Position numbers and translations under genes: made by a program. Below, one piece after another: positions 51,311 to 64,000 of a DNA stretch of 64,000 nt. Location of the stretch: NCBI RefSeq assembly GCF_036321535.1, contig NC_087437.1, positions 78,308,001-78,372,000 on the forward strand. Reading direction: 5' to 3'. Below the pieces are notes generated by a model. It made no database searches, had not been told where the DNA came from, and saw only the letters and a program-made list of their open reading frames with translations. The first letter of the stretch is position 1. Every line of letters starts with the position of its first letter. Source of the DNA: Camelus dromedarius. Its lineage: Eukaryota.

Positions 51311-54300
51311 ACATCCTTACTCATAGTGTATGTCTCTCTCAAGATTGGGGAAGAAACTAGGAGGACTCGTGATGAGCCATGAAACTAATTAAACACAGAG
51401 GTAACAACACAAATCAAAAATATTGAGGCAGATGTATAAATTTGAAATTATAATAATGATAAGCATTTGGTTTAATTTTCTAAATTAAATTCTTTATTAT
51501 TATAGCAGTATGAAAAAGATGGAAGAAAGTAAATTACAACATTTTCTTATACTGAAATATATAACTATAACTAATTATATTTCATATATAATGGTAAAGG
51601 CAATCAATTTCATTTTAATTTTGGTAATTAGAGCAAAATAATATTAATTAGTTATCAATTAAATTAATATTAATTATAATAAATATAATTATTATATTTC
51701 ATTTCAAAATATCATCTGGGTATCAAATTCTGATATAGACTTTCCCAATTTATCACTTAATGCAACATGTTTACCATAATCAGCAAAAGAAATGACAGGG
51801 ACCTATACAGAGCAGAAATCAGAACACTGTAACAAACACATGCTCAAACATCTCCATTATAACGACGGATATAATTCGTTCCTTCTGTGGGACAGAACGA
51901 AATGAACTCCATGGACACATCAGAATTTCTACTTAAACCCCAAAGAGAATCAACTCAACTGGAGAATAAAAATCTCATAGCTAAAGTCGCTACTTAGTCA
52001 ACATTCAAAAATATATTTTCTCCCATACCAAAAGCATGCTTCAACTCTAAGCAAAAATGTGCAAAGAAGATCTAAAATAAAATGACCTTCAGAGATCTTG
52101 GATAAATTATTTAAGTTGTAGTCTGAGTAGGAGAAACACGACAAGCTACCCTGCCCTCAGCCAGGCTGCCCCTCTGTGCCAGAGACCGAGAGGGGCTGGC
52201 TGTGTCCGCAGGTGGATAGAGTGCGTATCTCCCGCTTTTGTACAAAACTGACAAAATTTACTCAACGTCTGGACTCTTGTTTCATATTTCCCTAAATGCC
52301 TGTGACCGTGTATCAGACAAAGTCACTTAAACTTCGTATTCAAATAAAAATAATCAAACAAGCAAAACCAAAAGCAACCTGCACGGGACTCGGATTTGCG
52401 TTGTTGCAAACATGGTTCAAAACAAAGACCTGAATTTATAAAAAATTTTGTGCTGAACAGCATGGCACCGAGATACATAAACAGGTATTTGAGATTTTAC
52501 TGAAATGCTCTTAGCCTTACCAGATCAGAAATTCAAACATCAAAATAAAGGACAAAATGGATGTTAAAATAACTGAAAATATTCATTTGTTTTACAATGA
52601 AGCCATTACAATAATGATTATATAGTAGGAATAGAGAAAATGTAATTAATTTCTGGGAGAAAAAAGGTAAAAGAAAAGGAACATAGCTAGAAGTTGAAAA
52701 ATATAAAAAAGGGAACATAAAATTATTTCTGTATATATTTCAGAAAAGGTGGCTTGAAAATAAAATACTGATTTTTAAGGTCATCTTTTATTCACAGAAT
52801 AAATTCTTTTACAGACTGGAATCTGTTTCTTGATATTACATGATCATCTTTTGACATATTTTCTATTCTTTTTGGAATAATGTAGTTTAACTGTTATACC
52901 TGTATAATAAGTTTTACTTCCAGTTCTCAATTACTCTTCTTCATTTCAGAATTTTCTTTGCAATTATTAACCTTCTTATATCCCCAGAGGTATTTTGGAA
53001 TGATTCTGTCAAATTAAGACAAAACAAACAAATGAAACACTGAGATTATGTAAATAATATCAATTAGTTTGAAGACAAATGACACTTGGTATTTTTAGTC
53101 TTCTCATTTATTCAAAATTTCACTTTTAGTAAAATTTGGTTATATCGTAATAGATATTATATATATTATACCTACCATAAGTTATATATTAACTATATTG
53201 GACAGGTATATACCACAAACACACAATAAATGTTATATTTACTATAGATTATAAGTTACATTTAGCTATATTCATTCTTATTAGGTGTAGATATAAATAG
53301 TCTATGTTTTGGTTACTATTATGAATAGAATAGGGTTTTTTATCTTTTCTTTTTTAAGTAGTTCAAATAACATAACATAAATGAATAATTAGCATATTTC
53401 TATTTAGCTTTGCTGCTCTCACCAGAGCATACATACCCTTTATAAACCCAAGAATAATTGGTACACAGTGACAAAAGACTAAAAATATTTTAAAAATCTC
53501 AGAGAAGTCTGGAAAACAAAATTTTGCAGGCATATTTCTTCAGAAGAATGAAGTAAAATTTTAGATTATCCACAGAAGTATAAAAAATAAATAGTCCAGA
53601 CTTCTAGACTATTTATTTAAATGAATATGCCAATATTTTGAAGATGTTTAAATTTAAATAGCTGTTTAGGTAAAAAATTTAAAAAATTAAAAAATAGCTG
53701 TTTTATGGATAAATTCTCCTTTATTTGTTTATACTTTTGTTTATACAAATTTTTATAGTAAACATGGATTCCTTTTTCTGTACAAAGATAATACTTTCAT
53801 AATTGAATTTATGTGGTAAATGTTTTACTGTGACATTAACAATAGTACAAATGGTTTCTTTGTGGTAACCATGTACAGGTTTCTTTGACATATTCAATTC
53901 AAATAAAAATTGTTCATAAAAAATATAATTTTAAGTGATTTGACTGGCATTACAAAATGTACTTTCAAGTTCTTTTCTTTAAATTTCTGAATTTCAGTAA
54001 AATTAGTTACTGTTACCTGAGTCACATTATTTTCTTAATGTTTACTATGCACAAAACATTGGCCTTGCCACTGTGCAAGAGATTAAAACACTATAACTCA
54101 TAGTCCTTATTCTTCAGGATTACACAATAATGTATGAACTTCAAAAAATATAAATTAAACATCTCTTTTTAGTTATTGGCTACAAATGACAAAGTTAGCA
54201 GAATACAATTGTTTGTTACCCATTAAAAATTCAACACTCAACTAGCTTTTAGAATGAGGTGGAATAAATAACAAAGAATTTATAACATTTAAGAGAAAAT

Positions 54301-54379
54301 CTATAGTATACTTAGGGAAAAATATTAGTTAAGGAAAGGTTAGAATCATCAACACAGCCCAGTTGGTGCAGGAGTTTGG

Positions 54380-54630
54380 TGCATGTCTTAATGGTTAAGG
54401 GTATTGATTAGAATCTTATGGATTCTGCAGAAATTAAATCCTGGCCATGCCACTTACTAGCTGTGGTGAGCAAGTTACTTCATCTGTCTTTGCTTCACCG
54501 TCATCATCTGTATAATGGGAATGATGAGACTAATAGTATTTATCATAAGATTGTTTTGAGTCTTATGAGTTAATATTTTTAAAATAATTAGAATAGTGAT
54601 TGGCAAAATGTGTATTGTATTACTATTATT
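54380..54630 (+). mobile_element. MIR SINE
   Basis: AAATCCTGGCCATGCCACTTACTAGCTGTG..CAAGTTACTT..CATCTGTATAATGGGAATGAT. Confidence 0.75.
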
Positions 54631-55299
54631 TTTTACTGATATAATTGTGATGGTAGAGTATACCAAGAAGTAACTTTGAGTTCTCCGGTAAGATTCTGGG
54701 AGCATCCTGAACGCACACGCTGTACGGCGTTAGCTCCCACAGCTATGATGTATGTTGAGTGGGAGTCTGGGTTAGGGCAATTGTTTGGTAGGTGTAGACC
54801 CTTTAAGACAAACGTGTGTCTTGTATTTTTTAGAAGTAGGTTTTTTGAAACAAACAAAAAAAAACTGGATTGTATGCACTGTTGTAGAAAATAGAACAAT
54901 ACAATAAATCTGAAACCAAATGAATCTCAAATGTTATTCCAGATTCAGCTAGAGCAGATGCTGAAACATTGAGAAAAGCCCCCTTGGGAGTCAGTTTTGC
55001 ACTTAGAAACAAAGAAAAGTATCAAGCAAACTCAGCATTAGAGGGAATATGTAGACTGGTTTTACTGTAATGATTTTATAAATAATAGTTCTAAATATAA
55101 ATGGAGATTTTACAGATCATTTTAGAAAATATAGTCTGCAGTGAACAATAGATAATGACCTTTGATTCGATTGGTTTTTTTAAGTGAACAGTTCCTAAAG
55201 AAACTGTCTCAGTAAATTAGAATGTATAAAAGAAGCACAATGGGAAAATAAAAATACTTTTCCAAGGGAAGGAAACTTGAAAAAAAATTTTGAAATAAA

Positions 55300-55454
55300 T
55301 ATCCCAAGGATTTGTAACCCTCACCCCCAGCACAGAGATTCTGATGGGATAAATCCAGGGTGGGGCCAGGGTGGGGCCAGGGTTTCCTCTATTTCAGCAA
55401 GCATCTGGGTATGCTGATCAGATGGTGCATAGACCGCATTTTGAGAAAACACTG
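55300..55454. mobile_element. MER5A-like element
   Basis: CAGAGATTCTGAT..GGGTGGGGCC..CATTTTGAGAAACACTG. Confidence 0.6.
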
Positions 55455-56048
55455 TGCAAGTAATCATGTGTGCTCTGTGTTCTAGAAGTGAGAAGCCTTT
55501 GTTGGAATCAGCTTGGCCCATGATCAAGTAGAGAGAAGCAGGAAAAGGACCAAAAAGATAGAAAAGAAAAGTATGAAATACAGAAAATATTTATTTCAAG
55601 CAGTTACTTTGCAATACTACCCACAGGAAATTCTTTTGATTTGCTTATGATATAATAATTGAGATGAACCAGAAAAGCACACAAAAAAAGCACCCAAAGT
55701 GGAAATTACTTAAATGTCTAATGAAAAAGGCATGACTTAGTGAACTAATGAAAACCATGTCATCATGGAAATTACGAAGGAACATGAGTAATGTTTATTG
55801 ATATGTTATTTGAATAATATTTGAAAAGAATTGAATTTATCAATAAGTATGCAAGTACACACAGATTAAACATAAAGTGAAAAAATTGTTGTGGAAGTGG
55901 AGTTATAGAGAATATTTTTATTTTTAGAAAATTATTTTAATGACATGTAATTTTTTCAACAATACATCGTTTTGATTAATAATCTATCTTAAATAGGCAT
56001 GTGTCATTTGCCACATCTATTGTCACCTGTTTTCAAACACAAAGAATT

Positions 56049-56416
56049 GAAGTGTAATCAGTTTATAGTGTTGTGTCAATTTCTGGTGTACAGCACAGTG
56101 CTTCAGTCATACCTGAATATACATATATCTGTTTTCATATTCTTTTTCACCACAAGCTACTACAAGATACCGAATATAGTTCCCTGTGCTATACAGTATA
56201 AACTTGTTTATCTATTTTATATATACCAGTCAGTATCTGCAAATCTCAAACTCCCAATTTATCCCTTCCTACCCCCTTTCCCGCTGGTAACCATAAGTTT
56301 GTTTTCTATGTCTGTGAGTCTGTTTCTGTTTTGTAAATAAGTTTGCTTGTTTGTTTGCTTGTTTTAGATTCCACATATGAGTGATATCATATGGTATACC
56401 ATTCATCCCAGGGACG
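56049..56416 (-). mobile_element. L1 3' end (camelid-type) with tiny inverted 5' piece and 9-bp TSD CAAAGAATT
   Basis: Antisense 3' UTR 56049-~56399; sense RT-region 15-mer TTCATCCCAGGGACG at 56402-56416; CAAAGAATT at 56040-56048 and 56417-56425. Confidence 0.8.
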
Positions 56417-57368
56417 CAAAGAATTTTTAAAATATACATAGTCTGAAAAAATTTAAGTGTTTTAACCCATAATTGGTTGCCTACATATTTCTGAGTGAAT
56501 GCTTTTCAGATATTTATGTGAATATACAATTGTGATTTAGAGAATGTGATAACTACAATATACACACACACAAACACACAATTTTGTGTTTATGTGTGCT
56601 GCATATATTTCTATTAAACAACCTGAAATGCTGAATACTAGAAGTTCTGTGTTGTTCCTTTGAGCATAAGTTAGATGAATGATTTATAAAGTAGAAGAGA
56701 TAAATTTTGTGTTTTATGTCTTCTCCAAGAAATTTTTTCTAAGTAGTAGATTGAAGTGCTTGAAGAATGTTTGAAAACATGTTTTTAAAGACCATTCAGC
56801 CGACTTTCTCTTTTAAAAATAAGAGTTTATATTGTCATATTTATCCCTTTTAAAAGTTTTTTTTCTAGGAGTGTGAAGACCACATTTGGAAAGGTCAAGG
56901 CATAGGGACTGGGCTGAGAATTAATGAGTTCAGTTGCAAAAGCATCTAAGTTTCAGTCAAGAACTATAATTACAGGGTGAAAAAAGCCCATCTTGAGCAC
57001 AAAACATTACCATATTGATCTCCTAAACCCATTAAATATGTAAGTTTCAGTTCATGTACCCAAGCAACATATTAGAAATCTTGGTAATTTAAAAGGATTA
57101 TGCATCTAAATGTGGAAGACATGGAGGAAGGAGTCATTGATCTTAGTAATGTTTCCAGGGAAGAGGCCATAAGACGTTTCAGTGTCAGACAACCATGATT
57201 ACATCTTCCTTCTTCATATCTGGAGAAAGCAACTGTTGGATGGATAGCCTCCAGATTCTACTACCATGATTGAAGTCCTTTTTTAGGGGGAAGGGGATGG
57301 GGTAGGGAAGAATAAATCAGTACTGTTTGGCCATTGTGCTTTGTACTTTTGGAATGCAATTTTATAGC

Positions 57369-57905
57369 TGTGTTAAGCCGACATTTTTAAATGTTCCTCC
57401 AAAGATATCCAGCTCTAATCCCTAGAACCTAAAATATGACATCATGTTCATGATTGTTGTTAAATGGCATGATGTACCTTAAAGTAAGGAGACTGTCCTG
57501 GATTATCTATGTGAGCCCTATGTAGTCACATCAGCCTTTGAAAACAGAGAACTTTCTTGGCTGGGAACAGAAGGAAATGTCAGAGAGAGACGATGTCTGA
57601 GGACTCAACATACCTGTGCTTGTTAGAGGTGGGGATCATAGGAGAAGTGCAAGTGGCCTTGAGGAGGAGAGAGAGGCCCCTGACAACCAGCCAGGGTCAG
57701 TGATCTCAGGCCAACACTGCAAGGAACTTGAGTCTGTCAAATACTTGAATTGACTTGGAAACAGATTCTTTCCAGAACTTCTAAATAAGAGCCCTGCCTG
57801 GCCCAGCTGAACTCACTTAAAATGACGTACAGGCTTGTGAGGCAATGAATAGGTGGTGTTGTAAGTTTGTGGTAATTTACACCACCACAATTGAAAATCA
57901 AAACA
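57369..57905 (+). mobile_element. ERVL-MaLR LTR (MLT1E-like)
   Basis: TG start; CTAATCCCTAGAACCT..GTCCTGGATTATCT..CTTGGAAACAGATTCT..TAAGTTTGTGGTAATTT..end AACA. Confidence 0.7.
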
Positions 57906-60900
57906 TAGCTTGAAAGATTTATTTTCATTGTGATTAATTTTCATGTCATACATATATGTTATATATCAAAGACAAGAGAGTAGTAAAATTGGGTAATTAG
58001 CGCTGTTCAAGTGGACTGAGGTTCCGTATTTATGACCGAGTCTACCAAACCCCAGCACCTTTTAACTCCTTTCCCCCTGGCCTGTGCCTATAGTCTATGC
58101 ACACTCTTTCCTGTCTGCGCTGTAGGTGTGAATCCAGCATATTCCGTTACCATTGCTAGAATATTTACTTCTACACAGGATATTAAAACATGCTTTAAGT
58201 AAATCAGTTATTGTATATTTATCCCTATGTTTACAGGTTAAGATATGCTTTTCTTTATGAAAGGGATTAGTGGTGTATTTTTGATACGCATATATGTGGT
58301 AACTAGTCAAAAAAAAAGCTTAGTGTATCAGAGCAATAACCAGAAATCCGCATCCCCGAGCTTGAGTGCTTTTCTCTATTTCTCTGTCTTCACTTACTCG
58401 TGTACCCTGTCACCAACACCACTACCGAAAAACAGAAACCAAAACCAAGGGGACTGAGAGAGAAAGAGAGAGAGAGAGAGGACCTGGCACAAAATAGATG
58501 TTTAATAAGTATTGTTTTTCATTTGCTGTCTTTAAATTTCTCGCAGCACTTAGGGCTGTGATCTGTGTATAACTTATGCAAGTACGTACGCTAAGAACAT
58601 ACTTAGGAATCACGTACTTGGTCTATAAATTCAAATGGTCCTCATTTAGGTTTTCATTGATTTGGTTTCAATATAATTTCAAAAAAATGGGATAGACTGT
58701 TAGCAGATAAAGGAATAATAACAAATCAGACTTCTACAACAAATTCAGGGCATGTAAAACGTGAGTCTACTTCGACCACACCATCTTGTCTGTTCTAGGA
58801 AAGGCCACATTCACTTCTTTGTCCAAAAGCCCTACGAAAGCGATCATTTCCTAGTCCTTGTTGTTTTTCTTTTCTCAGCCACCGTCTGCAGCATGCCGGC
58901 TGTTCTGTTTCTGTGGGACCCCCTCAGCGTGGGCGGCTCCAGCACATAATTGCTGTTATTAATTACTCCAAGTATGGTTAAGGTTTTAGGGTTCACTGAG
59001 GCATCACAGAGGGTGGCAGTGACTTATCTGTGACCTCAGATGCCTTCAGACACTGTTGATCTTGATTGCTGTGCTTTATTATCTTCTGCTGAACTCTGGA
59101 ACTCCCATTTTTCTCAAAGTAAGTAGGGTGTCTGTGTGTGGGATTGGGGAAGGGGTTATAGGAAATGCTAAATATGAGTGAAATTAAATGGATCTGTGTC
59201 CTGAACCTAGAAAAATAACCACCTTTGACCCAAGACACTCCCTTTCAATTCTAGCTTACCCTGTCAGATTCAGTTTTCACTTCATAAAGGATTTTTTTCA
59301 AATATACTTTATGCATTTTTTTAACAATCTATATTTCCATGGAGTATGCAGATATGTTGGTACATTAGTAAATGACTAAATGCTAATCATGGCCATGAGA
59401 TTTCAGGGCTTATGGTTAAAGGTATACGCATTTAGTTATTTCGTATATTTTAAAGTAGTTAAGGACATTTTATTTTGGTGAAAACAGAGAAATTTCATAT
59501 AATGACTAGTTCTTAGTCAATCATGACACTAACATATACATCTGAAATGTTCATAAAAATGTTCTAAGATAACTCTTAAGACTAACTAGGGGTACACCCC
59601 TTTAAATAAAATTTTATGGACTAAACATGTGTTAGTATTTAAACAAGTAAAAAATTTTTTTCAGAGCAAAGTGTCTGCTATATTAAAATTTAAGTTCTCC
59701 TCAGTACAAGTTTTTGGTTTCTCAAATAGCATCTTTATAACTATGTGAAAAGTTTTCTGGTTTTTGTTTTCTATTCTGTTTTTTAACAGAGATCTGGAAA
59801 TATAGTTCATTTCTGTTTTTCCATCCCCCTGGTACCCTCACATGCAACTTTTTACTGTAGCATGTTTAACTTGCCAAACACTATTTTAATGCATCACACA
59901 ATAAATTACTATCACACTGTGCACCTTAGAACACTTGCCACATTCCAATTAAAGCATACATCTCTGTTCCTCTGGCCACCCAAGAAGGTGTGATACATTT
60001 TGATTTTTTCATTCATTCTGTGTCATGAAACATTTTCATCCAGAAAGCCTTCATTATGAAGAAACTTTTTTTCCTTACCAAATATGAGGAAATACCTTTC
60101 AATTCCAAATTTCCTATAATTCGGCTGAATAAAAAGATTTGGACACTTAAATAACTTTTAAAAATTGTAGACTATCTTTCTATTCAGCATTTTAAAACAA
60201 ACCTCAGCTTTTCAATAAAAATGAGGCAGAATCCCATCTTTCTTTTTTTTCTGGCCAGTTTCCAAAGTTGGCTCTTATTTCTTTATTGAATATGTTGGTA
60301 TCTATAGCCTGTTAAATACTAGTAACAACCCCAGGTCTGTGATGGGACTATGGGCCTTTTTCACAGCATGTATACTGAACACTAATATGCATAAATTAGT
60401 ACCCAGTATGCATATACTATTAGATGAAATTGAATTCATCCACAGGGATTCAATACAAAATTACTGTCCAATTTTGAAGTCAACCAAATCCTATGTCATG
60501 AGGACAAATCCTCCTTCCAAAACCTTGTATAAAATGACCTTTAATCATATAACTTTTAACATTTGCTCTCAATTTCCTCTTCCTTTAACTGAGGCAGACA
60601 CAAAAGCTGCTCTGAAATCTGGCTGTTGGGAGAGACAGTAGCTGTCATTGTCCCTGTGTGAGTTGGGTATCTGAAAAGGGTAATGCCTGTATTTGAAACT
60701 TTAATGTTTCTTTTTGAATTTTGGTCCCTTGGGTACTACTCATTTCACAGTAAAATGATCTGTCAATGCAGTTTGAGTATATTGTATATATTTCTAGCTT
60801 ATTTTAGAATTGGTAAAATGGAATCAAATTATTTTGGTGAATTTCTTTTTTGTTTGTTTTAATGATAACGATCCTCCATCACCCTATTTTATAAGGTGAA

Positions 60901-61380
60901 AAGATACTTGGAGCATTTACAGCACAGACCATAGCTCCTGATTTTCCAGTCTATTACTTGGTCTTGGACACTTAAAGCTAGTGGTACACAGTAAATTGAC
61001 TGCTTTATGCCATTGGCTTCTGAATCTGGACAGCTAAGGTATAATCCCCCCTTCCACCTGATGGGACAAGAGCGCCCTTAAAGGATGATGAGGACTGGGA
61101 GAGCACTAGTCTATCATATATTGACCCCTGTTGAAAATGTTAATTGGTGAATAGAAAGTAAAATTTTGGTTTGGTTAATGAAACTTGTCAGGTCCTGGAA
61201 GTAATTGTCCTTGGTCCCTGGGTATTGTTGAGACTAATACATAGAAAAATAAAATTCTGAAAAATAAAATGGCTGAATTCAAGAACTCGTGGTTTTCAAC
61301 CAGTACCATCCCACATAGAGAAGCTCATCTTCACACATAATATGTATACATCCTGTTTCACCTCCTAATGTATATATTCT

Positions 61381-61511
61381 TTGGGGGGGGGGGAGCATGT
61401 AATTAGGCTTATTTATTTATTTATTTATTTTAGAAGAGGTCCTGGGGATTGAACCCAAGATCTCCTGCATGCTAAGCATGTGCTTTACCACTTGATCTAT
61501 ACCCTTCCCCC
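61381..61511 (-). mobile_element. tRNA-Ala-derived SINE (Vic-1-like), long-tail form
   Basis: Minus strand GGGGAAGGGTATAGATCAAGTGGTAAAGCACATGCTTAGCATGC..GGTTCAATCCCCAG..(AAAT)n..CCTAATTAC..C-run; homologous to 38616-38707. Confidence 0.85.
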
Positions 61512-61797
61512 TTTCATGTCCTAGTAAATGTATCTTTTAAGACTCCTGCCCCAACCAACCCCCAGTGTCCCCCAATGCTTGGATGACTCTTCTAAGTGGA
61601 ATTTTCTCACACATACACACATCTCCTTATTCATCCAACATTCATTTCTGTACTCCCTCACAACACAGCCTAGTAATTGATTATGCCTGTTTCCCTCACA
61701 TATGATATGATTTCGTGCTCTCCCATTCTATAAATTTTCGTAATTTTATTAATCTTCTTGATTTCAAGACTTCAGTTATAAACATGTTTGCCAACTC

Positions 61798-62239
61798 TAT
61801 CAGTTTACTGGGGCTGATGTGACAGATTACCACAAACTGGATAACTTAAAACAGAACTGTATTCTCTGCCAGTTCCTGAGGCCAGGAACCTGACCTCGAG
61901 GTGTCTGCCCGCAGGGCCCTGCTCCCTCCAGAGCCTCTAGTCTGGATTCTGTCCTTCCAGCTTTTGTTGTCTGTCGGCAGCAGGACTCCAACCTCTGCTT
62001 TCCTAGTCACACAGTCTCCTTCTCTTCTGTCTGCCAGACCTCCCCTGTGTCTCTTGTAAAGACACTTGTCCTTAAATTTAAGCCCATCTTGGTAACCCAG
62101 GATGACCTCATCTCTAAAACCCTTAACTTAATTCCATCTAAAAAGACCCTTTTTTTTTTCCCCAATTAAGGTAACTAGTCCTAGGGATTTGACTTGTATA
62201 TCCTTTTTTTGGGGGGAGGGCACGTTTTTGCCTACAACA
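61798..62239 (-). mobile_element. ERVL-MaLR LTR (MLT1B/C-like)
   Basis: ATTACCACAAACTGGATAACTTAAAACA..TAACCCAGGATGACCTCATCTC..CCTTAACTTAATT..CCTACAACA. Confidence 0.75.
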
Positions 62240-63170
62240 CCAACATGGTCCTTATACCAGATTACTGAGTGTTTCTCCCCCAATTCCTACCAAAAAAAAA
62301 AAAAAGTAACTGGAAACTGCCTTTGTCTTTTTTAAAAGGGAACACACTAAACTTCAAATCTTTTCACAGGGAGGGCTCGCCTATCTAATGAAAATAGGAA
62401 ATAGTCTTCATACAGTTCAGAAGCAAAGACTGGAAATCTGGGTCAATACCTACAGAACTAGCTATCAGTGATGTCCTCTCCATGTATGTATGTAAATCGT
62501 TTGAAATAAACTAGGACTTCTATAACAAAGTTCAACTATTGCTCTGAACTCAAAGTGATTTTTCTATTTCACATATCTGAATCCTTAGTGATAGGTAATG
62601 CCAGATTAACGAGTGAAAAAGATAACATGTAAACAGAAACTAGAACAGTTTCCAATAAGCAGAGAATGCCAGAGTTGCTTGGGAGTCTCAAATACCTCCC
62701 CCAAATAAAGGTGTAAGTCCGCCGTATGGGTAGTCGATGCTCATATGTTGCTGACCAATAGCACATTTCCTGATGCTGTATCAGGTTTTATAACTGAATT
62801 TAAAATATATGATTGTTTTACACTTTAGTTTAATAACTCTCAGAAGGAGTATGGTGTTCATTAATAGCTGTAATTTGGAGATACCATTTTTGCTTAGGTT
62901 AATGTAATATTTCATCCCATCTTAAGCTTCCAAGCTCTTAATTATAATAAGCAATATAGTGAAGATAAAATGAGCCTCCGTCCTGGAAACAATGTGCATT
63001 GGTAATTTTTTTGAAGAGAAAGAACATAAATAATGGCTTAAATATTACATATGTGTTCTCCCAAGGAAAAAATTGTCAAAAATCTTTTTGCCTTATAATT
63101 TTTTTCCCCAGAGACTATTATTCTACTCTGATACCATGACTTTTTGTTTTTCCACTTTGAATACACATTT

Positions 63171-63178
63171 GTCTCTCT

Positions 63179-63215
<37 letters not shown>

Positions 63216-63240
63216 TGAGAGAGAGATATACATATATATC
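63171..63240. repeat. Compound (CT)n(TG)n(AG)n(TA)n microsatellite
   Basis: Direct reading. Confidence 0.9.
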
Positions 63241-64000
63241 AACTGGACTTCTTTAAACATATGTATTAATAGCACTTATCTATTGAATAACATAATGGAT
63301 ACAATCTTGTTTTCTTTTTTTAGGATAACACATTCCCTTTTATTTAACAACCTTCCCATAGTCAAAGATTAATAATGGTGACTGATTACTCTCCCTGGTC
63401 ACTGGAATGCTACCAAAGTGTATCTTGCTGTAAGACATGTCTCTCCGAGTACTGATGGAATGAGAGCAATATGAGTTTTAAAAAGTAATAATAATAACTT
63501 GGTTGAATGGGGGAAATAGACAGTTAACAACTATAAATTTCTTTCTGAGTCATTCTTACATATTTCAGAAGCATAGGAGACACTCAGACGACTGCCGTGT
63601 GAACAAATAATAATTCTATCATTGTCCATCGCTTGCTTTTATAAAGGTCTTCTGAGAAAATTGAGACTATATGTGAACTTCTCAGCAAAGTGTTGCTTTG
63701 GCTTTTTAACCAAATATTCTCAATTAAATATTAGATGATAGTGAGACTAGCACTCCAGTGTTCAAATTATTCATCAAATCACTCTTTTAATATGTAAAGT
63801 TTTCATCTGCAAGAAATTGTTTTGCATCTTTGGAGTGATGCACATGTTAATTTTAATGACTGATTTAGGAAACAATCTTCTTGAGGTCACTGTGGAGATA
63901 ATCTCATCAGGCATCATATTAATTCTTATTTGATAAAGACTATTCTTGTCCCTCTGAAAATGACCAATTAAATCAAAAAAATGGTGTCCAATCTCATGTT

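Noticed and set aside
1..64000. Prokaryote-type systems (CRISPR arrays, operons, defence or RT-linked ncRNA systems)
   Set aside because: The DNA is mammalian and repeat-rich, with no gene-dense ORFs and no regularly spaced repeat-spacer array; the only reverse transcriptase is dead L1 ORF2.

Overview
This is AT-rich, CpG-depleted mammalian non-coding DNA (intergenic or deep intronic), not prokaryotic. Two tRNA-Ala-derived SINEs resembling Vic-1, plus matching lineage-type L1 3' ends, point to a camelid (alpaca, llama or camel); this assignment is from memory of the consensus sequences and was not searched. I find no host protein-coding gene. The only ORFs I recognise are broken L1 ORF2 (reverse transcriptase) pieces at about 17.1-18.5 kb. 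The window is a layered transposon record: L1s of several ages, ERV1 solo LTRs (two with exact 4-bp target-site duplications, TSDs), MaLR LTRs, MIR/L2, hAT and Tigger elements, and microsatellites. The most notable items are: a 3'-truncated U2 snRNA retrocopy with a 15-17 bp TSD (8803-8835); a MER41-like LTR retaining a GAS/STAT motif (389-979); three to four L1s with twin-priming 5' inversions; a 97-bp templated duplication (30703 and 32095); a 110-bp inverted duplication around an AT-rich spacer (44068-44500); and an unexplained pre-miRNA-like hairpin (about 48691-48770). I cannot support a previously undescribed biological system here. Repeat family names are recalled resemblances and need RepeatMasker/Dfam confirmation.
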